In this document: positions 28,678 to 38,484 of the stretch, piece by piece
Layout of the letters: each line of letters begins with the position of its first letter
Numbering within the stretch: the first letter of the stretch is position 1
NCBI GenBank assembly: GCA_964511115.1
Contig: CAZEEN010000001.1
Coordinates: 1 to 46,107, forward strand
DNA from: an uncultured Paludibacter sp.
GTDB taxonomy: Bacteria > Bacteroidota > Bacteroidia > Bacteroidales > Paludibacteraceae
Reading direction: 5' to 3'
DNA: 46,107 nt
Program-made: the position numbers and the translations under genes
The notes under the pieces: model-generated
What the model saw: the letters and a program-made list of their open reading frames with translations, nothing else
What the model was told of the DNA's origin: nothing
The model's database searches: none

Positions 28678-30372
28678 TTACCATCCCGGATTTTGCAATC
28701 CTTTCATGGCATTATTTTTCGAAGTTTCTCTCTCTGGATAAGGTAATAAATTAAACTTAGTTCCTTGAATACTTCTTGCCCAGTTACTAATAGTGGCATC
28801 ATCCAAAGGTAAATTTGCAAAAGTCTCATTTAAAATTCCCCAACGGATTAAATCGCTTCTTCGATGTCCTTCTCCAAATAACTCACGGGCACGTTCATCA
28901 TGCAAATCCAAGAGAAATAAATTAACATCGAAAGCCCTGGGATCTGTAGCAGTGATAACTGATGCCTTAGAGCGTCCTTTCACTAAATTTATGGCAAACA
29001 AAGCTTCGGGAGTAACTTGATTCTTTGCCAATACATCGGCTTCGGCAAAAATAAGCAATACTTCTGAGTATCGAATAAGCGGAAAATTACAGGGTGAACC
29101 ATATACCGTCAAAGTTGAAGCCACTTCGTAATCCCTTCTCCACTTACCTACCCATCGTCCTGGAGGGGCTGTAGTAAGTTCATTCAAATTGTCTCTATAA
29201 TAAACATGAGTAGCATCACTTAAAGGATTGGAAGTGTCTATTTTCTGTATGTATTTGGTTTGAGGAGAACCATATACGGCTCCATACAAGGAATAATCCT
29301 GAATAGTCCAATCGCGACGCTCGTCTTTTGCAACTGGATAATAATTAGTAATTGCTCCAACAACACTTTTTGTATAGGTGATTTCGTATAGATTGAATAA
29401 TTTCCGGGTGATTCGAGTAGCCATTCCTGGACGTATAATGTCATTCCCATTGTATTTTAATGGCGCCCCTATAATAGGAAATCCAGCCAGGTTGGTATAA
29501 ATGTCATTATAGTTAAATTCAATTTCCATAAGATTCTCGTTATACACATCATCGTATTTATCGGTAATTAAATTGATAAATACTTGTTTAAAACTGGGGT
29601 TTAACGAATGAACTCCGGTTGCAATTACATCGTTGGCATATTTTGATGCCTGTGTGTATGATTCTTTAGGATTGATATTGAATGGAACGCCTGCCTGACG
29701 TAAATAAACGCGGGCTTGCAATGCCATGGCTGTGGTTTTCGATGGTCGGCTTGACTGTTCCAATGTCGGATATTCCATCCGGTTGGGCAAGTATTTAATC
29801 GCAGAATCTAATTCATCATGAATGGTGTTAAATACAATTTCGGCAGAACTTACCGGTATATGAATACCTTCAGGCGATTTGGTTTGAGTCAGTTTTAAAG
29901 GAACGGCTCCCCAGTTTTGCACCAAATTAAAATATAACAATGCACGAATAAATTTAGCCTGAGCAATCATTGAATTGCGGTTATCATCAGTCATGTTGGG
30001 TACGCTACCGATATTGTCTAAAAAAACATTTGCTCTGTCAATTCCTTCGTACAAATATCTCCAGATATTTGTTACTGTCTGATCGGCAGGAGTATGAGCC
30101 CAGGCTGAAAGACCTTGTTGTGAAGTTGTTGCACCCCAGCAAAGATCATTGCTGTACGTATCCAACTCGTGTATCAAAGTCCGGCCATAAACATTTGAAT
30201 TTGAAATCGAGTTATAAAGACCTGTTAAAGCTGTATTTGCTTTCTTTTCTGAGGAGAATAACTGTTCTTCTGAGATAAAGTCTTGTGGTTCCACTGAGAA
30301 GAAGTCGTTACAGGATATAAGCAAATTAGCGAGTAATATTGTTGCAAATATTGAAATAATCGTATGTTTCAT
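28678..30372 (-). CDS. susD: RagB/SusD family outer-membrane lipoprotein
   Basis: Lipobox LLISC, IDRANVFL, AKFIRALLYFNLVQNWGAVPL, LIRYSEVLLIFAEA, ERARELFGEGHRRSDLIRWG, terminal QNPGW. Confidence 0.95.
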   Translation of the reverse strand: MKHTIISIFATILLANLLISCNDFFSVEPQDFISEEQLFSSEKKANTALTGLYNSISNSNVYGRTLIHELDTYSNDLCWGATTSQQGLSAWAHTPADQTVTNIWRYLYEGIDRANVFLDNIGSVPNMTDDNRNSMIAQAKFIRALLYFNLVQNWGAVPLKLTQTKSPEGIHIPVSSAEIVFNTIHDELDSAIKYLPNRMEYPTLEQSSRPSKTTAMALQARVYLRQAGVPFNINPKESYTQASKYANDVIATGVHSLNPSFKQVFINLITDKYDDVYNENLMEIEFNYNDIYTNLAGFPIIGAPLKYNGNDIIRPGMATRITRKLFNLYEITYTKSVVGAITNYYPVAKDERRDWTIQDYSLYGAVYGSPQTKYIQKIDTSNPLSDATHVYYRDNLNELTTAPPGRWVGKWRRDYEVASTLTVYGSPCNFPLIRYSEVLLIFAEADVLAKNQVTPEALFAINLVKGRSKASVITATDPRAFDVNLFLLDLHDERARELFGEGHRRSDLIRWGILNETFANLPLDDATISNWARSIQGTKFNLLPYPERETSKNNAMKGLQNPGW

Positions 30373-30393
30373 AATTGTTCGAATAATTATTGA

Positions 30394-33300
30394 TTAAAAA
30401 GTAATGTTGCCACCGAATGATAGGGAAAATGCCCGCGGATAACTTGAAAAATCAAAATTCCTTGTCATAGCGCTATTTGCTGACGAAACTTCGGGGTCAA
30501 AACCTGAATAATTTGTCAGTGTGTAGATATTCTCAACACTACAATACAGCCTCAATGTTTTAACATTTAACTTTTTTAAAAGATTAGTCGGTATAGTATA
30601 ACCTAATTGTATTGTTTTTAATTTTAAAAATGAACCATCTTCTACTAAATCTGAGTAATACGCCTTATTATTAGCCCTTTGTGAACCAATTGTAGGTACT
30701 TGACCAGTGGGATTATTACCGGAAAAAGCATCGCGGAGTAATGTGGTTGAATTATAGGCATAGGGTGCGGCAACCGTATAGAGGTATCTATTCACATTCA
30801 TAATGTTATTACCATAAGACCATTGTAAAAAAACAGTTAAATCAAAGTTATATGCTTCAAATTTATTACTCAAACCACCAAAATGTTTTGGATTGGCATC
30901 ACCGATAACAGTACGGTCGGATTGGTCAATCTTACCATCGCCGTTTATATCTTTAAATTTCATATAACCCGGGGTGAGGGATGTTCCAAGTGCAGATGGA
31001 TAATTTGTTGCAATATCTGCATTGCTCAATAAGCCATCAGAAATATAGCCGTACATCTGCGAAAGTGGCTTACCCACTATAGCAACATAAGCTGGAAAAT
31101 TGTTCCAGGTATTATAGTCACCAATATATGCCCAAGTGATATTGCTGGTCATAGTAGGCTGTGCATTAGCTAACTCCAACACTTTATTGCGAATAAACGA
31201 GATATTAAAGTCAGATGACCATCTGAATTTTTTTGTGCGAATATTCTCAGTGAACAAACTAAACTCAAATCCTTGATTTTGCAATTTACCAATATTCATG
31301 TAGGCTTTATCAAAACCACTCGAATTTGGCATCTCAGCATTTAATAACAAATCGTACGTCTTTTTATAGAAATAATCCGCTTCAATTCTTACTCGTTGTT
31401 TAAAGAGTCCAATGTTGATGCCCAGGTCGGTTTGTTCTGTTGTTTCCCATTTCAGATTTGGGTTGGCCATTTGGGTCTTTACGGTCGCATTACTTATAGT
31501 ATTTCCGAAATAGTAAGTATAGGGTTTAGAAGCTAAACTGCCAACATATTGACCATAAGTAGCAAAATCACCTACATTATTATTTCCTGTTCGACCCCAA
31601 CTGCCACGTATTTTTATGTTTGAGAAAATGGTTGTAAGTGGTTTCATAAATTTTTCTTCACTCAAAACCCAAGCCGCTGATGTTGATGGAAAGTATGCCC
31701 ATCGATTATTGATACCAAACTTTGATGAACCATCAGCACGAAAGGATGCCGAGAAAAGATAGCGGTTATTGTAACCATACGTTACCCTGCTTATTCCCGA
31801 AGCAATAGTTGAAGCACTACCCGTTAATGATACCGATCTTGGAGTACCTTCAGCCAATGCATGGAGTCCTAAATCATCACGTGTCAAATCTCTTGCTCCA
31901 AAACTATATAATCCTATGCTTCGTCCGGATGCAGTAAAACCTAAAAGTGCTGAAAATTTATGTTTTTGTTTAAATGTTTTGCTATAATTGACCGTGTAAT
32001 CATTCATCCAGTTAAAAATACTTAGCTGCGAAATAGAACCATCTGCATATCCGGTTATTCTTGCTGTTTTAGTGTTAAAATTATTAAAACTTTCATTAGC
32101 TAACACAGAGTTTGAAAGGCTACCTAGAACTTTGAAAATCAATCCCTTAATAGGTTCGTATTCAAGGTAAACATTTCCCGAAATAGCGGTTGTTTTTTGA
32201 GACCTATACTCATTCAATGCTGTCAAAATCGGATTATACCGTTGGTCATTCAAATCTACAGGATTATCAACATTTGCCGGATCTTGCCCTGCATACACAA
32301 ACGGCATAAAAGACCATGCCGAATGCATTAAATTTCCGGAGTAACTATTTGGATTTGTTCCTAAAATGGTATTGAGCGAAAAATTACCGGTTACTCCCAT
32401 TTTAAGTTGTTTGCTGAAAATTTGGTCAATTCCTAATTTGGCTGTATATCTATCGCTGCTTGATCCAATAATGACCCCTTCTTGTTTATAATATGACCCT
32501 GAGAATATATATTTTGTTTCTTTGGTTCCACCCGACACTGAAAGTGAATGGCTTTGTATTGGTGCTTCCCTGAACAATAGATTCTGATAATCGACCATTG
32601 GTATAGTCTTATAATCTTCTAGTGTCATTTTTGGAATGGTAAGATAGTCATTTATTGCTCTGCTACTAAATAACAACTGCAGATTTACAAACTCGTAAGG
32701 ATTTAAGACATCCACATGCGCACTCGTTTTTTGTGATCCAAAGAATGTTTTATAGGCTATAGTTGGTTTTCCCACTTTTCCCTTTTTGGTGCTAATAATA
32801 ATCACTCCGTTAGCGCCCCGTGCTCCATAAATAGAAGTAGCAGAAGCATCTTTGAGCACTTCTAACGATTCAATGTCATTTGGGTTAATGGTGTTGATAT
32901 AATCATCTGTCATCACAAATCCATCAATAACATACAGTGGGGATGAGTTGGAAGTGATGGAGTTTGCACCACGAATAACAATGTCAACTGCTTCACCCGG
33001 TTTTCCACCCAAGGAAGTAACCTGAACACCCGCCATTCGTCCTCCCAATGCTTCATTAACAGATCCCACAGAAACATTCTGAACACTTGCTATATCTACT
33101 TTTGAAACCGCACTGGTCAAATCACGTTTTGTGGAGGTACCATACCCAATTACTACCACTTCGTCCAACGATTTGGAGTCCTCTCTAAGACTTATTTTCA
33201 AAAAGTCTTTCCCTTTTACAGCAACTTCTTCGCTTTCATAGCCGATATAAGAAATGTTCAAAAAAGCATTACTTGCCACCGATAAGGAGAAAGAACCATC

Positions 33301-33528
33301 AATGGAAGTTATTGTACCTATACTTGATCCTTTTATAGTGACATTCGCCCCAATAATCGGGTCACTATTTAAATCTGTAACTATTCCCTTTACTGTTTTC
33401 TTTGTTTGTGCAGAGAGATCTGACAAAAAAGGAGTAGAAAAAAAGATAAATAGTAACAGCAAGATTGGTAAACCAGATATCGGTTTCATTACCGATGAAG
33501 TGTTTTTGTTGTCTTTTGTGTAATTCAT
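30394..33528 (-). CDS. susC: SusC/RagA TonB-dependent outer-membrane transporter
   Basis: LDEVVVIGYG, PLYVIDG, DIESLEVLKDASATSIYGARGANGVIIISTKKG, RADGSSKFG, NLKWETT, EDGSFLKLK, YP..ITF terminus. Confidence 0.97.
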   Translation of the reverse strand: MNYTKDNKNTSSVMKPISGLPILLLLFIFFSTPFLSDLSAQTKKTVKGIVTDLNSDPIIGANVTIKGSSIGTITSIDGSFSLSVASNAFLNISYIGYESEEVAVKGKDFLKISLREDSKSLDEVVVIGYGTSTKRDLTSAVSKVDIASVQNVSVGSVNEALGGRMAGVQVTSLGGKPGEAVDIVIRGANSITSNSSPLYVIDGFVMTDDYINTINPNDIESLEVLKDASATSIYGARGANGVIIISTKKGKVGKPTIAYKTFFGSQKTSAHVDVLNPYEFVNLQLLFSSRAINDYLTIPKMTLEDYKTIPMVDYQNLLFREAPIQSHSLSVSGGTKETKYIFSGSYYKQEGVIIGSSSDRYTAKLGIDQIFSKQLKMGVTGNFSLNTILGTNPNSYSGNLMHSAWSFMPFVYAGQDPANVDNPVDLNDQRYNPILTALNEYRSQKTTAISGNVYLEYEPIKGLIFKVLGSLSNSVLANESFNNFNTKTARITGYADGSISQLSIFNWMNDYTVNYSKTFKQKHKFSALLGFTASGRSIGLYSFGARDLTRDDLGLHALAEGTPRSVSLTGSASTIASGISRVTYGYNNRYLFSASFRADGSSKFGINNRWAYFPSTSAAWVLSEEKFMKPLTTIFSNIKIRGSWGRTGNNNVGDFATYGQYVGSLASKPYTYYFGNTISNATVKTQMANPNLKWETTEQTDLGINIGLFKQRVRIEADYFYKKTYDLLLNAEMPNSSGFDKAYMNIGKLQNQGFEFSLFTENIRTKKFRWSSDFNISFIRNKVLELANAQPTMTSNITWAYIGDYNTWNNFPAYVAIVGKPLSQMYGYISDGLLSNADIATNYPSALGTSLTPGYMKFKDINGDGKIDQSDRTVIGDANPKHFGGLSNKFEAYNFDLTVFLQWSYGNNIMNVNRYLYTVAAPYAYNSTTLLRDAFSGNNPTGQVPTIGSQRANNKAYYSDLVEDGSFLKLKTIQLGYTIPTNLLKKLNVKTLRLYCSVENIYTLTNYSGFDPEVSSANSAMTRNFDFSSYPRAFSLSFGGNITF

Positions 33529-33596
33529 GTTTTTACTGATTTTTTCTAAATAGATTTTTTATAGTTTGTCGTTGTATCTTTGCCATAATCACAATG

Positions 33597-33663
33597 CAAA
33601 GAACGCATATATTTTTTAATTTCAGTTGAGATTTTAGTGCATTTAATTGAAACAATTGTGCAA
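33597..33663 (-). promoter_or_regulatory. susC promoter: degenerate -7 TTTG plus TGCA-N17-TGCA operator
   Basis: + strand TGCATTTAATTGAAACAATTGTGCAA at 33638-33663, starting 41 nt from CAAA at 33597. Confidence 0.75.
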
Positions 33664-33730
33664 TTTATGATTATTCAACTGAATTTTCAACATATACCTC
33701 AGAACAATTTTATTTCAACTAATTGTAATT

Positions 33731-35995
33731 TTAAGGTTTCATCGTTTTCATAGTTATTGTTGATTTACGATTACTAATATCAAGGATATAGATGCCTGAA
33801 GCTAGATTCTCAACAGAAATATTGTTTTCCCCGTTACCTACTTTCATTAGTCGGATAGTTTTACCTTGCATATCTTTTAATGTTAAATTATATATGGTGT
33901 CAGCTCCTTCAATTTGAACTTTTAAAATATTGGAAGCTGAAATATTTCCGAGCAATTTCACATAAAAATTTGCAGCCCGAATATCGTTGTTAGTTGTAAT
34001 ATCTGGAGGATATAGTAAATTCCAATCCGTATTGGAAACATAATCTCTTTTGTTGGCAAATACGCTAAGAACGTTGTTCTGCATTGTATTGAATGCGATA
34101 TAATTATTTTCTGTTGCAGTTGCATTATACAATCCACCAATTCCTATATCATTATTGTTGCAAATATTGTTAAAGATGGTATTGTCTCTTGTAGATCTAT
34201 CGAGTGCTGAAGCGTTTAAATGCACTCCCCTATTGTTTCCAATACTAGTATTATTCGCAATTAAATTGCAGGATGTGTGCTGATTTGCAACATTCATATT
34301 GTAGGTCGATATACCTGGACCCGTATTATAATTAGTTGTATTTCCCATTAAAATATGATTATTTGCACCTTCCTCGATAAAAACACCATCTCGCGGATTG
34401 TTACTGAAAATATTTTTCATTACTACCGAATATTTGCTATAAGCGTCTAAATCAAGCCCATCGCTCTGTGCATTGGTGGATATATTTGAAAATGCATAAA
34501 GGCGACTCGATGCCAATTGCCAGATATTTCTTGACTTGCAACTATCTACAAAACATCCTCTTATAATGGTTGGACTTGTGCTATATTTTTTGGAAATGCC
34601 TTGACCCAATGAGTTTTTAACTTTAATGCTATCTAAAACCACATTTGCTCCTCCTGTAATATACACCAAAGCATTTTTGCCATTCAGATTTTTACCATCA
34701 ATTGTACCGCCCGAAAATGAAGAATTGATACCACTGTCTTTGAAATAAATGACCGATTGAGTTTGACTGGAACCATTGGCTATCGTTCCATTTAACAAAA
34801 TACATTCATCTTCCTTCACTAATAATGAGTCGGAAGCAGTTGTAGTGTAAAAGTTCCCATTCAAATGACAAACCACCACCGCAGAAGGATTGGCAGTATG
34901 CGCATTGTTGAGAGCAGTCCGAATGGAAGACATACTGCCTGAAGTTATGGTAATATCAACCCTGGTTTTTCCTATTTTTATCAAATCGGTATGTTGATTC
35001 CCTATCAATGGCGGATTAAAATAAATGCAACTTTTACCTGTTGCGTCAACTGAACTTAGGCCTGAATTGCAATATAACTGAGTAGTATTTGCTCCCGAAC
35101 CACTTATGGCAGTGCCGTTGCTCAGTAAAGTGTTTTTATAAATCATAGCCTTACCACAAGTCAGATTTAAAGCCGTAACATTGTTCTTTATCGTATTGTA
35201 TGCTACCAAAGCTAGGCTGGCACTATTAAAAACCGATATGGCGCTGGTACAATTCTGGACTGAATTATAAGTAACAGCATCGAAAATTCCACTAATATAA
35301 ATACCTGTTGAGCAGCCAGTTATATTGTTATTTGCAACAGCAGAATTATCACTGTTTACCGAAATACCAATGTTTGAGGTTTGAATTGTATTATCAGTAC
35401 ATATAAAGTTGAATGAATTCACATAATAAATTCCAAAAGCCCTGCAATTAGTGATGGTACATCGGGTAACTGATCCGGCATCTGCATAAACGGCAGCACC
35501 TGCACCCGTATAATATATTCCACCACTTTTGCAGTTTTGGATGGTCATTTTATCAATATGGGTTTTTCCCGAAGAAGTTACACTTATTCCTATAATATTT
35601 TGATTATTACCATCCAATAAACTTGTTCCAACTGATGCTATAGTTATATAATGACCATTGGTTACTGAAATTAACGAAGTGGCTGTTCCAGTTGGGGCTG
35701 CCATTATGGTTGCATTTTTAAGTATAAGCAACATTCTGTCAGACAACTGAATGGGCAAAGTAGTTACTGTAAAAGTCCCCGAAATAGTTATTCGTATAAT
35801 ATTATTGGGAAATGCAACTCTTTTGGCATCAATTGCACTTTGAATGGTGGCAATAGATGTACCACTGCTAAAGGCCATATCTGAAATCACTTCGGTTGGG
35901 TTTTGTATAAAAGTCATTTTGGGTTCTGTAAAAAAACTTTGTGCAAAACACAGAAACGGATAAAACAGGAAAAAGAAGTAAATCGTTTTTTTCAT
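33731..35995 (-). CDS. T9SS-secreted right-handed beta-helix (pectin lyase-like) protein with internal duplication
   Basis: Signal peptide, NN/GI coil repeats, DGLDLDA..DGVFIEEGA acidic cluster, CTD-like LKDMQGKTI..LASGIYILDI. Confidence 0.78.
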   Translation of the reverse strand: MKKTIYFFFLFYPFLCFAQSFFTEPKMTFIQNPTEVISDMAFSSGTSIATIQSAIDAKRVAFPNNIIRITISGTFTVTTLPIQLSDRMLLILKNATIMAAPTGTATSLISVTNGHYITIASVGTSLLDGNNQNIIGISVTSSGKTHIDKMTIQNCKSGGIYYTGAGAAVYADAGSVTRCTITNCRAFGIYYVNSFNFICTDNTIQTSNIGISVNSDNSAVANNNITGCSTGIYISGIFDAVTYNSVQNCTSAISVFNSASLALVAYNTIKNNVTALNLTCGKAMIYKNTLLSNGTAISGSGANTTQLYCNSGLSSVDATGKSCIYFNPPLIGNQHTDLIKIGKTRVDITITSGSMSSIRTALNNAHTANPSAVVVCHLNGNFYTTTASDSLLVKEDECILLNGTIANGSSQTQSVIYFKDSGINSSFSGGTIDGKNLNGKNALVYITGGANVVLDSIKVKNSLGQGISKKYSTSPTIIRGCFVDSCKSRNIWQLASSRLYAFSNISTNAQSDGLDLDAYSKYSVVMKNIFSNNPRDGVFIEEGANNHILMGNTTNYNTGPGISTYNMNVANQHTSCNLIANNTSIGNNRGVHLNASALDRSTRDNTIFNNICNNNDIGIGGLYNATATENNYIAFNTMQNNVLSVFANKRDYVSNTDWNLLYPPDITTNNDIRAANFYVKLLGNISASNILKVQIEGADTIYNLTLKDMQGKTIRLMKVGNGENNISVENLASGIYILDISNRKSTITMKTMKP

Positions 35996-36027
35996 AAAGT
36001 ATTTTTTTGTAGATGATAATTTCGGTA

Positions 36028-36094
36028 CAAAGTTCGTTAGTTATCCTCTAAATGAAATAAGATAATCATGCATTTAATTGAGACAATTGTGCAA
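36028..36094 (-). promoter_or_regulatory. Promoter with TGCA-N17-TGCA operator
   Basis: TGCATTTAATTGAGACAATTGTGCAA at 36069-36094 (25/26 identical to the susC copy), 41 nt from CAAA at 36028. Confidence 0.75.
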
Positions 36095-36127
36095 AACAGT
36101 TATAATTGCTTTCAAAACTGTTTTTAA

Positions 36128-36988
36128 TTACAGAAAAGGTTTGACGATATAGGATAAAGTTGTTTGCTTATTAACAGGCAAATTGAATTCAGGTAATATA
36201 ACTTTCACAATGCATTCTGCCATTCTTCTGTACCCTTCTTTATTAGGATGAACCTGTGTACAATCATCGGCCGCTTGACCATAATAAAGTTCAGCATTGG
36301 CATTGGTTACTCCCGAACTATCGTAAAGATCAATCACTGGCAAGTTGTATTTTTTTCCAATTTGTCGTACCAGTTGTACTTTAGGATAACGCATATCCAA
36401 CTCCCAATCTAATACTTCCTGAGTGGTTGAGAAGCGTGGACTTTTGTAACGTTTTACATAACTATTCTGAGGATGCATACCCACCACAGCCTTTACTCTC
36501 ATCAAATTGATTAAATAAATCTGTGCTTTGGGATTGTCAAGTTTCAGATTCACTATCATACCCATATAGGCCGAAGCTAGGGTTACACTGTCCGAAAGCT
36601 GATGCAACAAATAAGGTTTGTCGTTTATAGTACCCCATTTTGATTTCTCATTATCATTTTGACATCCGTAAACCAATATAATGTCAGGATTGTAGAATTT
36701 TGCATCGTACGACCGGTACGAGATACTTTTAACGCTTGTGGGGCGAACAATTGTCCCTCCTTTTGCCATTGGGGCATGACCATCCACTCCTTTTTGTGTT
36801 TCTACTTGACTCCAATTCACACCCAACCATTCCACTAAATAGGGTTGATAACCACAAGCAGCGGTTATCGAATTACCTATTGTTACTAATTTCTTCCCTT
36901 CGAGGGGTGATTTGCATATTTGTGCAAACAAACAACTACTTACCAAAACAAATACAAGTAAAAAAAAACTGTTTTTGATATGATTCAT
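36128..36988 (-). CDS. SGNH/GDSL-family hydrolase
   Basis: IGNSIT, GCQND, LPVIDLY, QVHPNKEGY; signal peptide. Confidence 0.82.
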   Translation of the reverse strand: MNHIKNSFFLLVFVLVSSCLFAQICKSPLEGKKLVTIGNSITAACGYQPYLVEWLGVNWSQVETQKGVDGHAPMAKGGTIVRPTSVKSISYRSYDAKFYNPDIILVYGCQNDNEKSKWGTINDKPYLLHQLSDSVTLASAYMGMIVNLKLDNPKAQIYLINLMRVKAVVGMHPQNSYVKRYKSPRFSTTQEVLDWELDMRYPKVQLVRQIGKKYNLPVIDLYDSSGVTNANAELYYGQAADDCTQVHPNKEGYRRMAECIVKVILPEFNLPVNKQTTLSYIVKPFL

Positions 36989-36994
36989 GATATT

Positions 36995-38452
36995 TTACTT
37001 CTTTAGTCCGGTCAAGTCAGACTCAACAGTTATTTTACCATTACCAGGCACAACTGTAGCTGCAAAGTCATCGTTAATCTCTATATTGGATGAAGTTTTC
37101 AAAAGTATTTGTTTACCATCCACTTTATTAACCAAGAGCTCCAAAGCCCCCTTTTTATTAAACACACAACCATAAATATTGATTTTTGTCGGCAAGTAAT
37201 CTTTTAAAGCTTTGTTTTCGGTAAATATAATACTGTTATTCTTAAAACTGGAGTTGCTGATGGTCAGCACATCCATGGGAGTTTTGATAGCAAAAGCCGC
37301 AATTGGAGCATTGTGCAAAAAGCGAATGTTGTCAAATGTTAGTTGTTCTTGTTTAGGAATTTGAGCTCCCGGATAGTACGAACGACTGAACTTGTCATTG
37401 TCAAAATGCACGGAGAATCCAACACGGGGCTTTTCAAGAAATATATTCCTGAAAATAACATTTCGAACACCACAAGTGTAAATCGGGTCATTTTGAAGCA
37501 TCACCCAAGTTATTCCATCTATCACCTGAACTCCTTTATCATGAGTAGGTTGAGTATTTGAAGTATATACTTTCCCATCCGGATTAGCTTTCACACGATA
37601 AATTCGGCCATTGGATACAACCGCATCAGATTGTTGTACTTCCATCCCTTGCTTCCAATCTATCCACGCACCGGCAAGAATGCGACAGAAAAAACCAATA
37701 TTTTTCTCTTTAACTCCCGCTAAATCATGGCAGTTTTCCACTACGCCATCTTCAATCCAACCCAGTTCAGGATTACCTACTGTATAGTCATGCGCATTCA
37801 ATGCAATGGCATCATCGCCTGTTTCAAAAACACCGTTGCTTATTAAAAAACGTTTACCACGCCCTAAATGTACTCCATCTTTCCAACCTTTGATAATTAC
37901 ATCATTAATAATTAGATCCTCGAAAGTACATACATGAATGCCATATTGCGCTTTGCCCAGATCGAGGCATCGAAACCGATCAATCCGCAAATCTTTAACG
38001 TAAAAAAAAGCCAGTTGACCATGTAACCCAACAGCCTCTTTAAAATCACGAACATCCATTCCATTAACAATAATCTGTAAACCTTCAATACAGATATTTT
38101 GGTCATAGGTTCTGGTAGCTGCACCTTTATTGACAATTACATGTGAAAACTTGCCTTGTTCATCTACTTTTTGTAGAAATATATTGTTCCCAAATTTTAA
38201 ACTGGTATTACTGCCCACATACACAGTCCCGGCCATTTTATAAGTTCCGGGCTGACTAACAATAATGCTTCCAGTTAGATCCACTGCTTTTTGCAATGCT
38301 TTTACATTTTCAATTCCGGTGGCATTGGGCAAAAAACCAAAATCGGCTGCATTGGTGAAATTTGATTTATCGGGCGAAGTACTTTGAGCAAAAATAACGT
38401 TTGTTGTAACAATGATTGCTAGAAATAAAATGGTAAATAGTTTGTTTTTCAT
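36995..38452 (-). CDS. GH28-like / pectin lyase-fold beta-helix protein, copy 1
   Basis: AADFGF..ENVKALQKAVD N-cap, WKDGVH, TGDDAIAL, VRNVIFRNI; signal peptide. Confidence 0.72.
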   Translation of the reverse strand: MKNKLFTILFLAIIVTTNVIFAQSTSPDKSNFTNAADFGFLPNATGIENVKALQKAVDLTGSIIVSQPGTYKMAGTVYVGSNTSLKFGNNIFLQKVDEQGKFSHVIVNKGAATRTYDQNICIEGLQIIVNGMDVRDFKEAVGLHGQLAFFYVKDLRIDRFRCLDLGKAQYGIHVCTFEDLIINDVIIKGWKDGVHLGRGKRFLISNGVFETGDDAIALNAHDYTVGNPELGWIEDGVVENCHDLAGVKEKNIGFFCRILAGAWIDWKQGMEVQQSDAVVSNGRIYRVKANPDGKVYTSNTQPTHDKGVQVIDGITWVMLQNDPIYTCGVRNVIFRNIFLEKPRVGFSVHFDNDKFSRSYYPGAQIPKQEQLTFDNIRFLHNAPIAAFAIKTPMDVLTISNSSFKNNSIIFTENKALKDYLPTKINIYGCVFNKKGALELLVNKVDGKQILLKTSSNIEINDDFAATVVPGNGKITVESDLTGLKK

Positions 38453-38484
38453 GAGTATTAAAATCTAATATTTATAATTTTAAA

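Noticed and set aside
33574-33582. Plus-strand TATCTTTG in the susC leader
   Set aside because: It points away from susC with no credible plus-strand gene downstream. An antisense promoter cannot be supported from sequence alone.
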